Source of the DNA: a virus
Lineage: Duplodnaviria > Caudoviricetes
Virus record (IMG/VR): IMGVR_UViG_3300046804_004123
Coordinates: 1-64,000 of that record
Direction: 5' to 3' (one strand)
Length of the DNA stretch: 64,000 nucleotides
Shown here: piece by piece, positions 62,685-64,000 of the stretch
How positions within the stretch are numbered: the stretch's first letter is position 1
Layout of the letters: the number at the start of each line of letters is the position of its first letter
Position numbers and translations under genes: made by a program
Notes under the pieces: generated by a model
The model's database searches: none
Seen by the model: the letters and a program-made list of their open reading frames with translations, nothing else
Told to the model about the DNA's origin: nothing

Positions 62685-62938
62685 CCGTTCCGCGTCGGCT
62701 TACTTCCGTCCTATTCAGTTTTAGCACTTAAGTTTTACAACATCCTTTCGGAGTTCTAATAGCAATCGGTCTTCTCTTCTTTGGTCTACTACATCGTCGT
62801 TTTTAACGATGTCCATTAGTTACCACGCTGCGTCGCAACTTATTGTCACATAATTTGATTTGGCAAGTTGAGGCGTAGAAATAGAAAGAAGCGGAACCCA
62901 TGCCAAAAGCAAAAGTGCTTTAGTCATAGGATGAACGG
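62685..62938 (-). ncRNA. Glutamine riboswitch-like aptamer, copy 1, with an ORF inside the P2 loop
   Basis: CCGTTCA-TCCTAT...(about 210 nt)...ATAGGA-CGGAAGTAAGCCGACGCGGAACGG. Confidence 0.6.
62721..62927 (-). pseudogene. Signal-peptide-bearing 68-codon ORF interrupted by an in-frame TAA
   Basis: MTKALLLLAWVPLLSISTPQLAKSNYVTISCDAAW*LMDIVKNDDVVDQRREDRLLLELRKDVVKLKC; TAA at 62820-62822. Confidence 0.55.
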
Positions 62939-62947
62939 TAGAGGATT

Positions 62948-63000
62948 ATTATACCTCTAGTTACATTATATATGCAACTAATTTTGTAACATTTGTTACA
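62948..63000 (-). promoter_or_regulatory. NtcA-type box plus two candidate -10 hexamers
   Basis: TGTA-ACATTTGT-TACA (GTA-N8-TAC at 62986-62999); TATAAT at 62965-62970 and 62948-62953. Confidence 0.7.
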
Positions 63001-63021
63001 ATTTTATAAAATCTTAAGGGC

Positions 63022-63051
63022 AAAAAAATACCTGGAATTTTTTTTCCAGGT
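63022..63051 (-). terminator. Intrinsic terminator
   Basis: ACCTGGAA/TTCCAGGT stem followed by ATTTTTTT. Confidence 0.7.
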
Positions 63052-63060
63052 CTAGGTAAA

Positions 63061-63420
63061 TTACTTTCGCTTTTTCTTTTCTGGAGATTTGTATCCCCAA
63101 AGTTTTGGATTGGTTCTTCCATATCCAAAGTCAATTTTTTGAATTACATCTGGTCCAAATTTATCATAATAAAGATCAAAAATTCTAGAGCGTGTTCCCC
63201 TACAAAGATCCATGTGAACATCATCCCCAACCTTATACCAAATTAGATATGCATCATTAGGCCAAGAAGAATCTTTGACTTGTTCATGTGTTCCATTTTC
63301 AACCAAAATTTGGCATCCATACCTAGGAGGAAGAGATTCCTTTTCTTCTTTAGTCCATTCAGTCATTTCTTCCTCCTTTCCTTGAGATCTTTCAATTACA
63401 TCACGAAGTTTACTACTCAT
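63061..63420 (-). CDS. Conserved hypothetical cyanophage protein
   Basis: ORF track; probable start MSSKL, with ATGA overlap. Confidence 0.75.
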   Translation of the reverse strand: MSSKLRDVIERSQGKEEEMTEWTKEEKESLPPRYGCQILVENGTHEQVKDSSWPNDAYLIWYKVGDDVHMDLCRGTRSRIFDLYYDKFGPDVIQKIDFGYGRTNPKLWGYKSPEKKKRK

Positions 63421-64000
63421 ACGCGATTGCCCCATTTAATATCAGGATATGCTTCGGATACTACTTCTTTTGAAATTTTATATTTTGTCTCTAATTTTTT
63501 GTCTTTAACTAGAATAAGAATCTCTGCCTCAAGAGGATGAAGACCTTGAAGCATGTTGATAAACATGGTTTCTCTACGAAGAGAACTTAATCCATCATTT
63601 CCACCACGAATGAAGTTATAAAAACGAGTATATTCTTTACGAATTGTGGTTTGTCCTTGGTCATTCATTCCCAGTGAATTAGATCCAAGTTCTTCCATTT
63701 TACCCACTGCATCACGAACTTTATCGCTTACAGTTCCACTAAATGAATTTTGTTCCCCAGTGCTTGCATAAGGAACATCTCCTTCTGGAAGTGAAGAAAT
63801 CAAACTTTCATCAAAATTCCAAATAAAAAGTGCCTTTAGTGAAAGGTCTTCATATCTTTTGAGTAATTCTACTTTTTTAGCATTAGTTTTTTGACTAGAA
63901 ACTAGTTCCAAAACTTCAAATGCAAAAGGATTTGTGGGAAGATCCTCTGATAATTTTTTAGTAGGAGTAGATGCTGTTTTTGGTTTAGTCGTTCTACTCG
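63417..64000 (-). CDS. Conserved T4-like hypothetical protein, N-terminus outside the window
   Basis: Frame is open to the window edge; LP.GDVPY, RRE.MFI.ML.GLHP.EA..L..VKDK.L. Confidence 0.8.
   Translation of the reverse strand, partial: SRTTKPKTASTPTKKLSEDLPTNPFAFEVLELVSSQKTNAKKVELLKRYEDLSLKALFIWNFDESLISSLPEGDVPYASTGEQNSFSGTVSDKVRDAVGKMEELGSNSLGMNDQGQTTIRKEYTRFYNFIRGGNDGLSSLRRETMFINMLQGLHPLEAEILILVKDKKLETKYKISKEVVSEAYPDIKWGNRV

Noticed and set aside
43997-62822. Genome-wide TAA recoding suggested by two in-frame TAA cases
   Set aside because: Many core genes end properly at TAA, and no suppressor tRNA is present in the window.

Overview
A 64-kb, AT-rich segment of a T4-like cyanomyophage (Kyanoviridae-type) genome, almost entirely encoded on the minus strand. 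From left to right: (1) an accessory block with three 2OG-Fe(II) oxygenases, a GT32-like glycosyltransferase, an SF2 helicase and an apparently split adenine methyltransferase (1-6.7 kb); (2) two giant tail-fibre genes sharing an 80-aa repeat (6.8-20 kb); (3) a small sigma70-driven operon with a YefM/Phd-like protein and two tRNAs (20-21 kb); (4) a LamG protein, three RCC1-repeat paralogues and a DUF4376-like protein (21-27 kb); (5) two Gly-X-Gln collagen-like fibre genes, one with three reelin-like domains (27-39.8 kb); (6) the baseplate module (split gp5, gp27-like, two tape-measure-like proteins, gp51, gp26, gp54-like, then plus-strand gp4, gp2-like, gp48, gp53); (7) mom-like, gp32, gp59, gp33, exonuclease, phoH, thyX; (8) a small-protein locus at 62.3-63 kb. 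The most striking signal is in block 8. It has a perfect NtcA-type box, tandem glutamine-riboswitch-like aptamers with a whole ORF inside the P2 loop of the first one, and a DUF4278-like gene, which together suggest a phage nitrogen-status switch. All family calls come from motif recognition by eye; no searches were run.
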